Part shown: piece by piece, positions 7,972-15,684 of the stretch
Numbering within the stretch: position 1 is the stretch's first letter
How the letters are laid out: every line of letters starts with the position of its first letter
Virus record (IMG/VR): IMGVR_UViG_3300036987_000516
Coordinates: 1-26,154 of that record
DNA length: 26,154 nt
From: a virus
Taxonomy: Duplodnaviria; Caudoviricetes
Direction: 5' to 3' (one strand)
Program-made: the position numbers and the translations under genes
The notes under the pieces: model-generated
Told to the model about the DNA's origin: nothing
Seen by the model: the letters and a program-made list of their open reading frames with translations, nothing else
Databases searched by the model: none

Positions 7972-9317
7972 CCGCCGCGGAAAGGCTCGTTAAGTACTAT
8001 AAGGACGCGTACAAGCGGCTGCTGAAGAAGATATCCGAGCTGCCGCCCGGCTCCGGCTGGCAGCGGTATTACAGGCGGCTGGTCAGGGAGATCGAGAAGG
8101 AAGTCGCGAAGCTGGACGGCGAAGCCGCAAAGCAGCTGGCTGAGCTGGTGAAAAAAACATACTCCGCCGCCGAGGCCAAAGCGCTCTCCGACATACAGGC
8201 CGGGCCGTTCGGCGGGCTGAACCGCAGCGCCATGCGGCTCATCGCCGAGAACGCCGTGGATCAGATGGTCGAAGCCAACCACTATTTCGGGCGGCACCTT
8301 GCGGACGCCATCCGGCAGATCGGGCTGGACGCGATCGCGGAGAAGCTCTCCGCAGGGCAGACGGTGCGCGAGGCCAGAAAGCGGCTCATTGAGCGGCTGC
8401 AATCGGACGGCATGACAACGGTATCCGGCGGCGCCGGGCGAAAGTACCGGCTGGAAAGCTACGCGGAGCTGGTGGCGCGCACCACCACGCGCGAGGCGAC
8501 CAATACCGCGACGACGTCGACCGGCGAGCAGCTGGGCTACGACCTCGTGAAGTTTTCGACCCACTACCCCACCTGCGAGGTGTGCGCGCCGATACAGGGC
8601 CGCGTGTTCAGCATCTCCGGAAAGGACACGCGCTTCCCCGCCCTCTCGGAGGTGCCGGGCTTCGACAAAGGCTTCAAGACGATCCACCCGAACTGTCGGC
8701 ACGTGCTGGTGCTCACGGTAGAGGCGCTGTGGACGGACGCGGAGCGCGAGAAGTACCTCGCCGACGCAGGCAAGCCGCTGCGCGGCGACACCCGCACCCA
8801 GCAGGAGGTCGACGCCTATAACGCCACGCAGGCCGAGAAGCGCGACCGCTGGCAGGACCGGCGGCAGTGGGAAAAGTACAGGGCGGCGCTGGGCGACGAC
8901 GCCCCCAAGACCTTCAGTGCGTTCCGGGCGGTCAAGCGGGCGGACGGCGAAAGCTGGGCTGAGCTGCAGGGCACATATAAGGATGTATCATGGCAGCTTA
9001 AGTGCCAGAAGAACCTGACGGTCACTCAGGATCACAAGCTGCCCACCACAGACCAGCCGCCGAACTCCGCTATTGACAGGATCAACCAGTATGATAAAAT
9101 TATAAGGCGGAGATACTTCAATGCGTATGGGAATGTGAAGCTGGACTTTGATACAACCGATCACGGGGCACCAAAAGATCATCCATATATACCGCATTCG
9201 CATGACTGGACTGACAGCTCGACAGGGACGCCGAAGCATTGGGATAACCGGAAAAGTTCGCGTGCGGAAATCATCGCGAACATGGATATAATAGGTGATC
9301 AGTATGGATATGAATGA
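7968..9317 (+). CDS. Minor head (MuF / Phage_min_cap2) protein with C-terminal Ntox24-like toxin domain
   Basis: Y.LESYAELVARTT.RE, STH..TCEVC..IQGRVFS and HPNCRH motifs; AT-richer C-terminal extension RRRYFN..G....DFDTTDHG.PK.HP.IPH.HDW. Confidence 0.85.
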   Translation: MTAAERLVKYYKDAYKRLLKKISELPPGSGWQRYYRRLVREIEKEVAKLDGEAAKQLAELVKKTYSAAEAKALSDIQAGPFGGLNRSAMRLIAENAVDQMVEANHYFGRHLADAIRQIGLDAIAEKLSAGQTVREARKRLIERLQSDGMTTVSGGAGRKYRLESYAELVARTTTREATNTATTSTGEQLGYDLVKFSTHYPTCEVCAPIQGRVFSISGKDTRFPALSEVPGFDKGFKTIHPNCRHVLVLTVEALWTDAEREKYLADAGKPLRGDTRTQQEVDAYNATQAEKRDRWQDRRQWEKYRAALGDDAPKTFSAFRAVKRADGESWAELQGTYKDVSWQLKCQKNLTVTQDHKLPTTDQPPNSAIDRINQYDKIIRRRYFNAYGNVKLDFDTTDHGAPKDHPYIPHSHDWTDSSTGTPKHWDNRKSSRAEIIANMDIIGDQYGYE

Positions 9318-9546
9318 TTTGAAATGGTTTAAGGATACCGTCAACATGGGCGACGATATTGTATTTACTATTGGCCAGAAACAATTTTGGATCGGAACGG
9401 CTGATGGTGGCAAGCATATTATTGCTCAAAGCCCTGATGGGCCGGACACGTTTTTCAAGAACGCTGATGACCTGCTGCATAATTTTATAATTGATAATAT
9501 GCCGTTGGGCAAACAGCTGGACAAAATTATCTTTATCAACGCGTAA
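9304..9546 (+). CDS. Probable immunity protein for the MuF C-terminal toxin
   Basis: 80-aa AT-rich ORF overlapping the toxin stop, AGGTG RBS, followed by a terminator. Confidence 0.7.
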   Translation: MDMNDLKWFKDTVNMGDDIVFTIGQKQFWIGTADGGKHIIAQSPDGPDTFFKNADDLLHNFIIDNMPLGKQLDKIIFINA

Positions 9547-9568
9547 CTACGACGCGCGACAACCCGTT

Positions 9569-9592
9569 AAAAAAGCCTTAAAGGGCTTTTTT
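9569..9592. terminator. Terminator-like hairpin (possibly bidirectional) after the toxin-immunity pair
   Basis: AAAAAAGCCT-TAAA-GGGCTTTTTT. Confidence 0.65.
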
Positions 9593-9607
9593 ATATTACC
9601 CAAAATA

Positions 9608-9690
9608 CGCCTACCATGCCGGGCACTTAACTGCATGGCCCCGCGAGCATCCGGAGTAGACCGGCATTTAAACCAAATCTACGGGGAGAA
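9608..9690 (+). ncRNA. Structured 5' leader of the scaffold gene (possible GP20-type cis-regulatory RNA)
   Basis: Stems CCATGC/GCATGG (9614-9638), CCGG-AGTAGA-CCGG (9651-9664), CCCCG/CGGGG (9639-9686); loop GTAGA complementary to TCTAC (9678-9682). Confidence 0.45.
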
Positions 9691-9699
9691 AGGAAACCC

Positions 9700-10248
9700 A
9701 TGGAATTTTTGAAACCGGTGCTGGGCGACGAGCTCTATGCCCAGGTGGAAGCCGACCTGAAGGGCAACGACAAGATCAAGCTCGCTAACCTCGCCGACGG
9801 CGGATACGTCGATAAAAAGAAGTTCGACGATATGGAGACCGACAAAAAGGCGGCGGAAGGTCTGGTCGCAACGCGCGACGGGGAAATCGCCGAACTGAAA
9901 AAGGTCGACGCCCCCGCGCTGCAGGGCGACAACGAAAAGCTCAAAGCCGACAACGCCGCGCTGCAGCTCGGGCGCAAGCTCGACGCCGCGCTGTATACGG
10001 CGCAGGCCCGAAACGCCGCCGCCGTGGGCGCGCTGCTCGACATGAGCAAGATCAGCCTCGACGACAAGGGCAACCTCGTCGGCGCCGACGAGCAGATCGC
10101 GGCGCTGAAGCAGGCCCAAAGCTGGGCCTTTGGCGAGACGCTGGTGCCGGGCGCTGGCGGAAACCCTGTCCCGCCCGCCGGTGGCGGAGACACGAAGGCG
10201 TCGTTCAGCGACGCGATCACGGAAAGAATGAGCGCCCAGACGTCCTAA
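9700..10248 (+). CDS. Capsid scaffolding protein (Phage_GP20 family)
   Basis: GGYVDKKKFD, coiled coil, ARN..AV.ALLD..KI.LDD.G.L.G.DEQI..LK....W.F; sits between minor head and capsid. Confidence 0.88.
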   Translation: MEFLKPVLGDELYAQVEADLKGNDKIKLANLADGGYVDKKKFDDMETDKKAAEGLVATRDGEIAELKKVDAPALQGDNEKLKADNAALQLGRKLDAALYTAQARNAAAVGALLDMSKISLDDKGNLVGADEQIAALKQAQSWAFGETLVPGAGGNPVPPAGGGDTKASFSDAITERMSAQTS

Positions 10249-10282
10249 ACGCAAATAAAAAAATATAAGGAGATGAAATTCA

Positions 10283-11233
10283 ATGCCTATTACATTGGCA
10301 GAAGCAAAACAGCTGACGCAGGACAAGCTTACGCAGTTTGTGATCGACGAATTCCGCAAGTCCGCGCTCCTCGACATGCTGCCGTTTGACAACACGGTAT
10401 TGCCCCCGGGCAATGGCCAGACGATGACCTACGCTTACAACCGGGTGACTACGCTCCCCAGCGCGGGTGGACGCGCGATCAACTCGGAATACCAGGCGCA
10501 GGAAGCAAAGACCACGCAGTACAACGTGAACTTAAAGCCGTTCGGCGGATCGTTCCAGCTTGACCGCGTGATCATACAGCACGAAAAGAAGGTCGTCGAC
10601 CATATCCAGTTCCAGACCCAGCAGAAGATAAAGGCGACCGTCGCGGTTTTCCACGATTGGCTTATCAACGGGGACTCCGGCGTTGATCCGCTTCAATTCG
10701 ACGGGCTGGAAAAGGCGGTCGCGGGCAGCTCCACCGAGCTTATCCCCGGTGCGGCCATAAACCTGTCGACGTCGGCGAACATCACGGCGAACTGGCAGGC
10801 GTTCCTCGACGCGATGCGCAAGCTGCGCTCGATGCTGGACGGAGCACCGACGCTGTGGCTGATGAACGCGGACATGTTCGGCGTGTTTCAGTCGGTCATG
10901 GACAGGGCGGGTATCAATCTCGCGAGCAAGCAGAATTACGGCGATGAAGCCGTACAGTGGGGCCCCTCGCTGGTCATGTCGCTGGGTGACAAACCGAACA
11001 CGGCGACGCCCATCATAGCGACAGCCAACGGCGAGACTTCCATCTTTACGGTACGCCTCGGCCTCGACGCCGTTCACGCTGCATCTCCAGAAGGGAATAA
11101 GGTCGCGGAAGTTTACCTGCCCGATTTGAAGGCACCGGGAGCGGTCAAGACCGGCGAAGTCGAGATGGTGGCCGCAGTGGCCGTAAAAGCTACCAGGTCT
11201 GCGGGCGTGCTGCGCAAAGTCAAGATCGCGTAA
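10283..11233 (+). CDS. Major capsid protein (HK97 fold)
   Basis: 316 aa after the scaffold; MPITLAEAK, LLDMLPFD, FGGSFQLDRVI, INGD......FDGL, GEVEMVAA; AAGGAG RBS. Confidence 0.92.
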   Translation: MPITLAEAKQLTQDKLTQFVIDEFRKSALLDMLPFDNTVLPPGNGQTMTYAYNRVTTLPSAGGRAINSEYQAQEAKTTQYNVNLKPFGGSFQLDRVIIQHEKKVVDHIQFQTQQKIKATVAVFHDWLINGDSGVDPLQFDGLEKAVAGSSTELIPGAAINLSTSANITANWQAFLDAMRKLRSMLDGAPTLWLMNADMFGVFQSVMDRAGINLASKQNYGDEAVQWGPSLVMSLGDKPNTATPIIATANGETSIFTVRLGLDAVHAASPEGNKVAEVYLPDLKAPGAVKTGEVEMVAAVAVKATRSAGVLRKVKIA

Positions 11234-11245
11234 GGGGGCGGCAAC

Positions 11246-11602
11246 ATGCCTTATATCGTGAAATCGCCTGTGGAGGGCTATAGCGGCATCTCCGCAGGCG
11301 TGCAGTTTAAAGACGGTGTGGGCCAGACAGCCAACACCGCAGCGGCGGACTGGCTGAAAAGCCACGGCTACGAGGTGGCGGAGAAGCAGGCGGACAAGCC
11401 CGACAAGGCCCCGCCGCAGCCTCCGGAAGCCCCGGCGCCGGAAGCATTGACGCCGCCGGAAGCATCGACGCCTCCGGAAGCCCCGGCGCCGGAAGCATTG
11501 ACGCCGCCGGAAGCATCGACGCCTCAGGAGGCACCGCAGCCGGAAGCGAAAGCGCCAGCCGCAGCCAATAAGGGCGGCGGCAAAAAAGGAGGGAAAGCCT
11601 GA
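11246..11602 (+). CDS. Small head-associated protein with Pro/Glu/Ala-rich repeat tail
   Basis: Compact N-domain (GVQFKDGVG.T.....ADWLKSHGYEV) then low-complexity repeats and a Lys-rich end. Confidence 0.8.
   Translation: MPYIVKSPVEGYSGISAGVQFKDGVGQTANTAAADWLKSHGYEVAEKQADKPDKAPPQPPEAPAPEALTPPEASTPPEAPAPEALTPPEASTPQEAPQPEAKAPAAANKGGGKKGGKA
11420..11525 (+). repeat. Perfect 51-bp tandem duplication (2 copies plus partial) encoding PPEAPAPEALTPPEAST
   Basis: 11420-11470 is identical to 11471-11521; built from shorter CCGGAAGC-containing subunits. Confidence 0.95.
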
Positions 11603-12171
11603 TGCCAAGAATATACGCTCCGAACGAGCAACACAACTACACGCCGGGCGACGTGGACTTTGTCAACGGCGCGGCAGCGGTGGCGGCGGACGCGGACACG
11701 AGCTGGTTTGCCGCCCAAGGGTACGCCATCGACAACAGCAAGCACGTGCTGACGCTGATCGACACGCTGACCTCGGCGCAGCTGCGCGCGATGTGCGCTT
11801 ACCTTGGGATCACGGTCGACGCGGGAGAGACGCCGGACACCAAGCAGGCGCTCGTGCGCGCGGTCGAGACCAGCGTCAGCGCGAAGTACATTGCGGCGGT
11901 GACGGTCGCGTCTACCGCGGGCGCGACACTGGGCACGTCCGACATCGCGATCACCGGCGCGGGCACGTACAAGTACAAGACGGCAGCGACCACCGCGCCC
12001 GCGCTGCTGTACATGGACGTGCCGGACGATACGTGGGAAGACATCGAAACGGGCGACGACATCGAGCCGATGGCCTCCGGGCATGACAAGATCGGCGTGG
12101 TGAAGCTCAATGCCGCGGGGTATGTCATCGGGTTCGGCAGCGACGACCTGACGCTGAACGACGGGAACTGA
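11602..12171 (+). CDS. Putative virion accessory/decoration protein
   Basis: N-domain resembles the preceding gene (DVDFVNG.A.......SWF..QGY.I), a short helical LT.AQLR.MC..LGI segment, then a beta-rich C-domain. Confidence 0.7.
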   Translation: MPRIYAPNEQHNYTPGDVDFVNGAAAVAADADTSWFAAQGYAIDNSKHVLTLIDTLTSAQLRAMCAYLGITVDAGETPDTKQALVRAVETSVSAKYIAAVTVASTAGATLGTSDIAITGAGTYKYKTAATTAPALLYMDVPDDTWEDIETGDDIEPMASGHDKIGVVKLNAAGYVIGFGSDDLTLNDGN

Positions 12172-12186
12172 TAAGGAAGTGAGCGC

Positions 12187-12645
12187 ATGACTGTGGGCAC
12201 GGATACGTACGTCACCGCCGCCGAGGCGGACGCGATCATCACCGCGTGGCTGCCCTCTTCCGACGCGCAGCGCGCGGCATGGGCAGCGCTGAGCACCGCG
12301 GACAAGGAGGCCTACCTCCTGCAGGCCGCGGCGTGGATCGAGGGGCTGCCGTTTTCGGGCTGCATCTACAGCCTTGATCAGCAGATGCAGTTCCCGCGGG
12401 ATTACAACGACACGGGCGAGGTTCCGGACGCGGTGAAGAAGGCGCAGGCGCTCGAGGCCGCGGCCAGCGTCGGCATGACCGCGCAGGCGGCAAAGCGCGC
12501 GCAGCTGCGCGCCATGGGCGTCACGTCGTTTTCCGCGGGATCCCTCTCGGAGACGTATGGCGCGCTATCCGGCAACGGGCTGTTCTCGCCGATGGCCGCG
12601 CAGCTGCTGCGGCGTTATCAGATGGGAGGAGTGCCGTTTGCTTGA
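12187..12645 (+). CDS. Head-tail connector/adaptor (DnaT-like phage family)
   Basis: TDTYVT.AEADA, L.QAA.WI, Q.MQFPR, VPDAVKKAQ, GVTSFS.G.LSETY, A.QLL.RY. Confidence 0.8.
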   Translation: MTVGTDTYVTAAEADAIITAWLPSSDAQRAAWAALSTADKEAYLLQAAAWIEGLPFSGCIYSLDQQMQFPRDYNDTGEVPDAVKKAQALEAAASVGMTAQAAKRAQLRAMGVTSFSAGSLSETYGALSGNGLFSPMAAQLLRRYQMGGVPFA

Positions 12646-12949
12646 GCTGTACGCGAATCAGGAGTTTGGCTGGCGCCACCGGACGGGAACCAAAGACAAC
12701 GGCACGGCGATATTCAATCCCGCCCGGCCCGCCGCTCCCCTCACGGTGAAAGGCCGTATCGATTACAAGCGCCGCCTGATCCGCAACGAGAAGGGAGAGC
12801 AGGTGGTCAGCGAGGCGCGGGTGCTCACGATGTCCGCGGTCGACGTCGGCGACATCGTCGTCATCGGAGGGCGCGAGTGGCCGGTACTCAAGGCCGGGCC
12901 GGAGTTTGGGCTGCTGGGCGAGGAGCTGCACCGGGAGGTGTTTCTCTGA
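12638..12949 (+). CDS. Head closure / head-tail joining protein
   Basis: TTG start 12638 after GGAGG; RLIRNEKGEQVVSEARV, VGDIVVIGGREWPV. Confidence 0.75.
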   Translation: MLELYANQEFGWRHRTGTKDNGTAIFNPARPAAPLTVKGRIDYKRRLIRNEKGEQVVSEARVLTMSAVDVGDIVVIGGREWPVLKAGPEFGLLGEELHREVFL

Positions 12950-13413
12950 TGGCGGCGTGGGCGATCAAGACCGCTGCGGATTACGAGCGGGCGTACCGGG
13001 CGATACAGGCCAAAATCGACGGGGTGATCAAGGGCGTCAAGGGCGCGTCGTTTCGGGCCGTGCTCGACATAGCCGTGGACTGGCTGGGCCGGGCGGTGCA
13101 AAAAGCGCCGCATGACACGGGCGATCTGCGCGGCAGCGGGTACATCCTCGTCAACGGCGACCTGATCGCGCACGGAACCGGAGACGAAAGCGGAAGCATC
13201 ACGGTGCTGAGCGATCCGTCCGTGCCGGAGAGCGATGTGCTCCGGGTGGAGATCGGCTTCGCGTCGCCGTATGCCTTCGTGCAGCACGAGCACGTGGAGT
13301 TCTATCACAAGAACGGCGAGGCGAAGTATCTCGAAATGGTGATCGTGGGCGGCGCGGCGGCGGCAAGAGCGCATTTGATCCGGTCCGTCCGGAACGCAAT
13401 CGGGGGTGGTTAA
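12949..13413 (+). CDS. Neck protein (HK97 gp10 / minor capsid-like)
   Basis: APHDTGDLRGSG, IGF.SPYA.VQHE, GEAKYLE motifs; ATG 12949 after GGAGG. Confidence 0.82.
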   Translation: MAAWAIKTAADYERAYRAIQAKIDGVIKGVKGASFRAVLDIAVDWLGRAVQKAPHDTGDLRGSGYILVNGDLIAHGTGDESGSITVLSDPSVPESDVLRVEIGFASPYAFVQHEHVEFYHKNGEAKYLEMVIVGGAAAARAHLIRSVRNAIGGG

Positions 13414-13773
13414 ATGGCTTTTTTAGACGACTTAAAAACGTATTTAACGGCCAAAGGCTACGGCAATATCTTCCGCGACACCATGCCGGATGAGCCGGAC
13501 GAGTGCATCGGGCTGTTTGTGTGGAACCACGTCGGCAGATGGCGCTATGTGCAGGTGCAGGTGCGGCGGATGGACGGCGACGACGCCTACGCCGCAGCAT
13601 TCGCGATTTACACGCTGCTGGACAGCGGACTGAACGAGACCGCGATCGCGCTGACCGCGACCCGCCAGTGCATCGCACGCCCCCGCCGCGGCCCGAAAAA
13701 GCTTTCCGACGACGGGCGGCGGGTGGTCTACTACACCGAAATTGCAATCAGATGCAAAAAAAATGAGCCATAG
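13414..13773 (+). CDS. Tail terminator-like minor structural protein
   Basis: IF...MPDEPD.CI.L, VQVQVR; located directly before the major tail gene. Confidence 0.75.
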   Translation: MAFLDDLKTYLTAKGYGNIFRDTMPDEPDECIGLFVWNHVGRWRYVQVQVRRMDGDDAYAAAFAIYTLLDSGLNETAIALTATRQCIARPRRGPKKLSDDGRRVVYYTEIAIRCKKNEP

Positions 13774-13788
13774 AAAGGATGATGAAAG

Positions 13789-14367
13789 ATGGGCGACAGA
13801 ATCGCACTGGACGGTTTTGCGGACGCGCGTTACTGGCCGATTACGACCAACAGTTCCACGACGTACGCGACGGGCACGATGGCACAGTTTGTCGGCGCGA
13901 GGAACCTGACCAAGAGCGACAACGCCGGAGAATACACGATACTGGGCGACAACAGGATATACGCCACCGGCAAAAAATTTAAGTATCAGGATATGGAGTT
14001 CGAGGTCAACGAGCTTTCGCTCGAAATGCTGGCACAGCTGCAGGGCTACACGTATGATGCCGGTACCAAATCATACAAGCGCGCGCGGACGGATCAGGCA
14101 ATTGAAATCGCGTTTGCCTATTCGGCGCCGCTGTTTGACGGCGGCTTCCGGATGTGGAAGCACTACTGCTGCACGGTGATGGAGGTCAAGGTGGACCACA
14201 AAACCGCAGACCCCGACAACCCGGATGCGCAGACGTACAAGATCACGATTCGCAACACGTACCGCCTGGCCGACGACCTGATCGAGTGGGTACAAGACGA
14301 CGCAGAAGACGTCGATTGGCTGGGTTCCATTGACCAGCTGCCTGTGGAAGGCGGCGGCGGAACCTGA
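13789..14367 (+). CDS. Major tail tube protein (siphovirus, phi13-like)
   Basis: 192 aa; GDN.IY, EFEVNELS.EM.AQL.G, EIAFAY......GGFR...HY; position before chaperone and TMP. Confidence 0.85.
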   Translation: MGDRIALDGFADARYWPITTNSSTTYATGTMAQFVGARNLTKSDNAGEYTILGDNRIYATGKKFKYQDMEFEVNELSLEMLAQLQGYTYDAGTKSYKRARTDQAIEIAFAYSAPLFDGGFRMWKHYCCTVMEVKVDHKTADPDNPDAQTYKITIRNTYRLADDLIEWVQDDAEDVDWLGSIDQLPVEGGGGT

Positions 14368-14397
14368 TCGGTTCCCGCTGCATTGACGTATAAAGCC

Positions 14398-14432
14398 GGG
14401 GATGGGGATCCCTCCATCCCCCACATTTTTTT
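14398..14432 (+). terminator. Terminator/attenuator-like hairpin between tail tube and chaperone genes
   Basis: GGGGATGGGG-ATCC-CTCCATCCCC (10-bp stem, one G-U), then CACA and 7 T. Confidence 0.65.
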
Positions 14433-14444
14433 CGGAGGTTTGTG

Positions 14445-14918
14445 ATGGCAATCAATTTTTTCAGAAAAGACAAAAGCATGAGCGTATCGCTGCCGAAAGC
14501 CCAAACAGTGCACGGCATCGAGGTGAAGAAGGCGCCGATCGGCCAGTACCTTGCCGCCATGCGCGAGATGGAGGAGCTTCCGCTGCAGCTGATCCGCGAC
14601 CTCTTCCCCGGCAAAACGCTGACGGAAATCATCGCGGAGTTTACCACGTTCACAGACGACAATCTGGCGGAGCTGTTTGTGCGCATACTGATCGTCGTGC
14701 CGGAAAAACTGATCAAGGTATTCGTCGCGATCACCGGCATTCATGAGGAGCGCATCATGGATCTGACACCCAAGGAAGGCGTCGACGTGTTCAAGGCGTG
14801 GTGGGCGCTCAACGACATGACCGGTTTTTTCGCGGACGCGGCGGGGCTGATCAAAAAGCTGCTGCCGCCGATACGGGGCATTGGCTCCAGCGCTGGATCG
14901 CAATCGGAGCGGAGCTGA
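14445..14918 (+). CDS. Tail assembly chaperone (gpG analogue)
   Basis: GGAGG RBS; helical acidic protein between tail tube and TMP. Confidence 0.8.
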   Translation: MAINFFRKDKSMSVSLPKAQTVHGIEVKKAPIGQYLAAMREMEELPLQLIRDLFPGKTLTEIIAEFTTFTDDNLAELFVRILIVVPEKLIKVFVAITGIHEERIMDLTPKEGVDVFKAWWALNDMTGFFADAAGLIKKLLPPIRGIGSSAGSQSERS

Positions 14919-15058
14919 AAATATCCAGAGAGCAGCTGCTTAATGAGTTTTACACGGACGAGTTCCTGCTCGTGCTCGACGAATACAACGATATGCATAA
15001 AATTGAGAAGGACAAAAAAGAGGATAAAGTGGTGTACGTCCGGGCCGAACAGTGGTAG
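14825..15058 (+). CDS. -1 frameshift extension of the tail chaperone (gpGT analogue; fusion 14445..15058)
   Basis: -1 frame open 14798-15058 with no clear RBS; slippery T TTT TTC (14825-14831) and C AAA AAG (14852-14858) lie in the overlap. Confidence 0.7.
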   Translation, partial: FFRGRGGADQKAAAADTGHWLQRWIAIGAELKISREQLLNEFYTDEFLLVLDEYNDMHKIEKDKKEDKVVYVRAEQW

Positions 15059-15061
15059 AAT
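15053..15061 (+). promoter_or_regulatory. Extended -10 promoter candidate for the lipoprotein moron
   Basis: TG-G-TAGAAT about 30 nt upstream of the GGAGG-ATG of the lipoprotein. Confidence 0.45.
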
Positions 15062-15092
15062 GTGGGCATCAAAAATTGTTGGAGGTAGCATT

Positions 15093-15605
15093 ATGCCAAA
15101 GTTATTGTCTATACTGCTTATTATTGGGCTGCTCATTTTGACAGGCTGTGCCGATACCGGAACTTATATAACGGAAAGCCAGCCTGATAATCCAACTTTG
15201 GAGGCAACGCATGATCTTACTCCAGAACCATTAAAGATGCCTGTAAGAATTGCATGGATGAATTTAGAGGCATCGTCCGAATCAACCGTGAATCTGCAAA
15301 TTCAGGTTGAAAACACAGGTGATAAGGTTGTGGTAGGATACAAGATTTATGCGCAGCTTTTTGATGCCGATGGGCAAATAGTAAGAGACACCTTTATGGG
15401 CGGCACAGGAGAAGAACGCCAAACAATTATGCGCAAAGGCATAGAGCTAAAAAAAGGTTATAAAACCGATAGGGATATAAAAACGGCTATTATGTCAGTG
15501 GAAGGTGTGGTCGCATTTAAGGCGGCGGTTTATGAATGTACGTATGAGGATGGTAACGTCAGCGAACTTTCCGATGGTGAGCTGGAGTGGATAATGTATC
15601 CATAA
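15093..15605 (+). CDS. Lipoprotein moron (beta-sandwich-like), possible superinfection exclusion
   Basis: Signal peptide MPKLLSILLIIGLLILTG-C with lipobox LTGC; AT-rich; GGAGG RBS; V.N.GDK and LFDADG.IV motifs. Confidence 0.8.
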   Translation: MPKLLSILLIIGLLILTGCADTGTYITESQPDNPTLEATHDLTPEPLKMPVRIAWMNLEASSESTVNLQIQVENTGDKVVVGYKIYAQLFDADGQIVRDTFMGGTGEERQTIMRKGIELKKGYKTDRDIKTAIMSVEGVVAFKAAVYECTYEDGNVSELSDGELEWIMYP

Positions 15606-15633
15606 TCCGCAATAATATCTTCAAATCTAACTG

Positions 15634-15658
15634 AAGCATCTTGCTGAGGTGCTTTTTT
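15634..15658 (+). terminator. Intrinsic terminator after the lipoprotein, upstream of TMP
   Basis: AAGCATCTT-GCT-GAGGTGCTT followed by a T run. Confidence 0.72.
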
Positions 15659-15684
15659 CGTGCGGCTAAAAGGAGGTGACGGCG

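Noticed and set aside
11420-11525. Repeat array as a possible CRISPR
   Set aside because: Contiguous in-frame coding duplication with no unique spacers and no cas genes.
14943-15092. N-terminal extension of the lipoprotein ORF
   Set aside because: Overlaps the chaperone extension; RBS and signal peptide begin at ATG 15093.
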